Part shown: positions 14,960 through 17,918 of the stretch, piece after piece
Layout: each line of letters begins with the position of its first letter
Numbering within the stretch: position 1 is the first letter of the stretch
The notes under the pieces: generated by a model
Databases searched by the model: none
What the model was told of the DNA's origin: nothing
Seen by the model: the letters and a program-made list of their open reading frames with translations, nothing else
Position numbers and translations under genes: made by a program
Source: an uncultured archaeon
Lineage (GTDB): Archaea > Asgardarchaeota > Lokiarchaeia > Sigyniarchaeales > SOKP01
Assembly (NCBI GenBank): GCA_964632315.1
Contig: CAZWEM010000066.1
Span: 1 to 17,918 of the forward strand
Reading direction: 5' to 3'
DNA: 17,918 nucleotides

Positions 14960-17530
14960 ATGACAGAAAATAGTAAAATAGATCAAGGCAAAGTTGGCAC
15001 TTTTTGGAATAATCAAGTGTTAGGTTGGGACCCCATTTCATTTACTATTGAATTCATATATCGAATGCGGAAAATAAGAAAAAAACTACTTAATCTTCCA
15101 AGTACGCGTCAAGCAATCGCCATCCCTAAGTTGATGACTGCCATGTATTATCGTAAGCTAAATTTAATCCCAGATGATTATATCAAAGCAGCAGTAATAA
15201 CGACTCCAATTGAAGATCAAGAGATTGCCAGAAAAGTAGCATTTGAAATCTTATTTAGCGATCCAGATGCTAAGAAAAAGTCAAAAAAAAAGGTCAAGAG
15301 TAAGGATAAAGTAGGATTAGTTGCAGATATCGAGGATAGAGATGAGGGTGACTTCATGGATGATCTGCTTTCTGAAATTATGGATTCTGGAATAGACATG
15401 CAGAATGTGAAAATGGATGATCTAATAGATCAAACTTTAGAAGAATTTTCTAATTTAATGGAATTTATTGATGCGATATATGAAAAAGCAGGTTTGGGTG
15501 AAGATCCGTATGAAAGTTTGATCGATATAATTGAACGGCGAGAAGGGTATAAAGAATTACTTGGAAGGGGAATTTCTTCATTGGAACAATTAAATGATTA
15601 CGTGCACCAAATGATCTTGCGTGAAATGAACGTGTTATCACCCCAAGATATTAAATCTTCAGTAAATTTAGGTTGGGGTGATGACATTATCAATCAAGCA
15701 CCCAATCCTTGGAGCAAGGCCAGTGCAATGTATCAGGTGATCTCCCCCGAATTCAGGAATTATCTTCAAGATGTAATGGATCATGAGGAAGTTGCTACTG
15801 CTGCACGAACCGCTCGCTATCTTCAAGAGTCAGGCATGAATCGTACAGACGCTGAAAAATTAACAGAAAAACTCATAGAACGGGCAACTGATATCATGGA
15901 TATCAATGAAATAACAAAAGTGATGGAATCCATCCCTAAATTCGATCGCCAACAAATAATAAACAAAAGTCTTAAACGCGATATGGGCATCTCATTTCGG
16001 ATTTCTCGTCAAATGGATAAGAAATATAATGATAATATCACAAAAGATATGTTTCAAGAATGGGCGAAACAAAGCTCTTCTCCTTCTTTACCAGAGTTAT
16101 TCCAAGCACACGTGGACACACCAGAGTGGAAACAAATGGTAGATGACTGCATCTCCAGAGAGATTAACCAAACTTCAAGTGCCAATGGAAAATCAGCATA
16201 TAATCTGACAAGCCTAGCTTGTGATCTCATGAATCTCTCTCAGGAAGTCGAATATATAGAATGTGCTCAATATCTTAAAGAAAAAGCAAGTTTGGTCGGA
16301 ATGGAAGCATTGAAAAAAGCAGTCGATGAAGAACAGTTCAAAAATGTATTAGAAACGCTATTAAATGCTTTTATTCAGGTAAATGAAGGAGAAGTGATCA
16401 CTTTAGCTAAGACTTTAGGTGTTCCAGAAGATGAAGTCATCGAGATTTTAGGAGGAAATTATGAGTTATTAAAATCGCTCATTTCTGAAAAAATTGGCAA
16501 TTTTCAACGTTATACTAAAATATTGAATAATATTCCCTCTCTTTCTGGTGATCAAGTGAAGGAATTATTAAATATTGCCTTAAAAGCAGGGAATTTTCAA
16601 GCAATGGGAGCGTTAGGGCATCATAATCTGGGGCAAGCTTTTCAAGCTTCAGAACAAATGGGAGGTACCACCACAATGCAGCTTTCAGAATCCTTATCTG
16701 CTGGTCCAGGGGATAATTTATTGCTACAATGGTTTACACATCGCGATAGAATTCCCTCAAAAGCAAAAGAATTTGTAAGGAATTTAGTGAAAGATGCCCT
16801 CATTAAGATTGCTCTTAACATGATTTCAAATCAACGGGGAAGTGGAGAGAAAGGATTAGTTCCAACAAATAAACTCCGAATTTTTATTGATGGGGATGAT
16901 ATGGATTTGATTGATGTAGATGCTTCCATCGAAAATATAGTAATGCAGGGTAAATCCATAGACATGGTGACTCCTGAAGATCTTTTAGTAATGGAAACTG
17001 AAAAAGGCAGGGTTTCTATCTGCTTTTTACTTGATATTTCTGGCTCAATGACGGGTATGAAACTAGCTGCTTGTTCAATTGCAGTAATGGTATTGATAGG
17101 TGCCCTAAGGGCAGAAGAAGTAGCCATTTGTTTCTTTGAATCAAACACTCATATTGTCAAAGAATTCGGTGACGTGAAGGATTTAGAAGACGTAGCTGAT
17201 GAATTGTTAGATTTAAAGGCTAGAGGTGGTACACGCGTACAAAAGGCATTAGAGTGGGGAGCACGACAGTTAGAAGAAACAACGACTGAATTAAAAGTAT
17301 GTTTTTTATTAACTGATTGCGAATTTTTTGAAAAAAAAGAGCAAATTGTAAAAGAACTTGACTCATATGTGAATCAAAAAGTAGAGTTCTTGCTGGGTGT
17401 TAACACTCGTTCCTTTTCAAAAAAATATGCCGATTGGATTTTAGAGTCTACGCAGGGAAAAATAGTATATATCTTGAACATCATGGATATTCCTAAAATC
17501 CTTACAGAACTGCTGGAACAAATAGGTTAA
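14960..17530 (+). CDS. Large vWA (MIDAS) domain protein, MoxR partner
   Basis: C-terminal vWA: pre-domain DLIDVDASIEN, MIDAS DISGS (17033-17047), GGT, FLLTD. Long all-helical middle; N-terminal AAA-lid-like segment followed by a basic/acidic linker. Confidence 0.92.
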   Translation: MTENSKIDQGKVGTFWNNQVLGWDPISFTIEFIYRMRKIRKKLLNLPSTRQAIAIPKLMTAMYYRKLNLIPDDYIKAAVITTPIEDQEIARKVAFEILFSDPDAKKKSKKKVKSKDKVGLVADIEDRDEGDFMDDLLSEIMDSGIDMQNVKMDDLIDQTLEEFSNLMEFIDAIYEKAGLGEDPYESLIDIIERREGYKELLGRGISSLEQLNDYVHQMILREMNVLSPQDIKSSVNLGWGDDIINQAPNPWSKASAMYQVISPEFRNYLQDVMDHEEVATAARTARYLQESGMNRTDAEKLTEKLIERATDIMDINEITKVMESIPKFDRQQIINKSLKRDMGISFRISRQMDKKYNDNITKDMFQEWAKQSSSPSLPELFQAHVDTPEWKQMVDDCISREINQTSSANGKSAYNLTSLACDLMNLSQEVEYIECAQYLKEKASLVGMEALKKAVDEEQFKNVLETLLNAFIQVNEGEVITLAKTLGVPEDEVIEILGGNYELLKSLISEKIGNFQRYTKILNNIPSLSGDQVKELLNIALKAGNFQAMGALGHHNLGQAFQASEQMGGTTTMQLSESLSAGPGDNLLLQWFTHRDRIPSKAKEFVRNLVKDALIKIALNMISNQRGSGEKGLVPTNKLRIFIDGDDMDLIDVDASIENIVMQGKSIDMVTPEDLLVMETEKGRVSICFLLDISGSMTGMKLAACSIAVMVLIGALRAEEVAICFFESNTHIVKEFGDVKDLEDVADELLDLKARGGTRVQKALEWGARQLEETTTELKVCFLLTDCEFFEKKEQIVKELDSYVNQKVEFLLGVNTRSFSKKYADWILESTQGKIVYILNIMDIPKILTELLEQIG

Positions 17531-17546
17531 AACTTGATAAGATCTA

Positions 17547-17553
17547 TTTTTTT
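17547..17553 (+). terminator. Oligo-T (T7) putative terminator of the five-gene operon
   Basis: T7 tract 16 nt after the vWA stop codon. Confidence 0.45.
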
Positions 17554-17620
17554 GTGATAAAACTTAAGTTTAGACTTATCTATTTTTCAATCAATTAATA
17601 AATCCAAAGCATTTCATAAA

Positions 17621-17918
17621 ATGTATGTATGTCGGCAATGTGGTCAAGAACTAATCGAATATGAGATTAATAATGGAATTGATATCTGTTCAGAATGTAT
17701 TTTAGAGAATTCCACTAAATCTGCTATTAAATTTTCAGTCATTTATTGTTTTATTACAATGGTGAGTATAATGTTTGTAGCAAATTTATTCCCCATCATC
17801 ATAAATTTCTCCTTAGGGTTGATGGTTGAGAATTTTGAGTATATCTTTATAAACTTAGTAATTTTTATTATAACAGGAGGGACTTTAGTGATTTTCATAA
17901 CTTATTCGATTTCGAGGC
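17621..17918 (+). CDS. Partial (runs off the window) Zn-finger membrane protein
   Basis: Not in the ORF track. MYVCRQCGQELIEYEINNGIDICSECILEN.. (CxxC-x15-CxxC) followed by two hydrophobic segments; open to the end of the window. Confidence 0.75.
   Translation, partial: MYVCRQCGQELIEYEINNGIDICSECILENSTKSAIKFSVIYCFITMVSIMFVANLFPIIINFSLGLMVENFEYIFINLVIFIITGGTLVIFITYSISR

Noticed and set aside
686-17148. Short antisense ORFs in the track (686-913, 4243-4482, 4722-4994, 5617-5913, 5910-6152, 7349-7672, 9805-10008, 10108-10302, 10763-10969, 12082-12459, 13681-13911, 14662-14898, 15217-15399, 16831-17148)
   Set aside because: Shadow frames opposite well-supported genes, with the Ser/Phe/Ile-rich composition typical of antisense translation and no motifs.
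10677-17530. Assignment to Wadjet, Lamassu or MukBEF/MksBEF
   Set aside because: No recognisable kleisin/KITE, JetD Toprim nuclease or LmuA effector motif; those systems do not include a MoxR-vWA pair.
13997-17530. Mg/Co-chelatase or gas-vesicle GvpN locus
   Set aside because: No ChlH/CobN, tetrapyrrole or gvp genes in the window; the resemblance to ChlD is architectural only.

Overview
AT-rich archaeal DNA. The gene content (MglB/roadblock plus MglA-type GTPase, cyclin-fold TFB-like paralog, divergent FEN1 and RPA paralogs, GGTGA ribosome-binding motifs) is most consistent with an Asgard archaeon, probably Lokiarchaeia; this is inferred, not database-verified. The left part (1-10418) is a mosaic. 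It holds a partial topoisomerase-type Zn-finger ORF, two small pilin-like membrane proteins, two tandem RHH regulators, a P-loop-dead AAA+-like protein, a FEN1 paralog with an active-site substitution, an amidase, an RPA-like OB-fold protein, a roadblock/MglA operon and a TFB-like protein lacking its Zn ribbon. The right part (10677-17530) is a tightly packed five-gene operon and the best candidate for an undescribed system: small acidic protein, Rad50-like zinc-hook ATPase with a non-canonical ABC signature and no Mre11/SbcD nuclease, 174-aa unknown, MoxR-type AAA+, and a large vWA/MIDAS protein whose N-terminus looks like a copy of the AAA+ lid. No rRNA, tRNA, CRISPR array, integrase or transposase was recognised. 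All family calls come from motifs read by eye.
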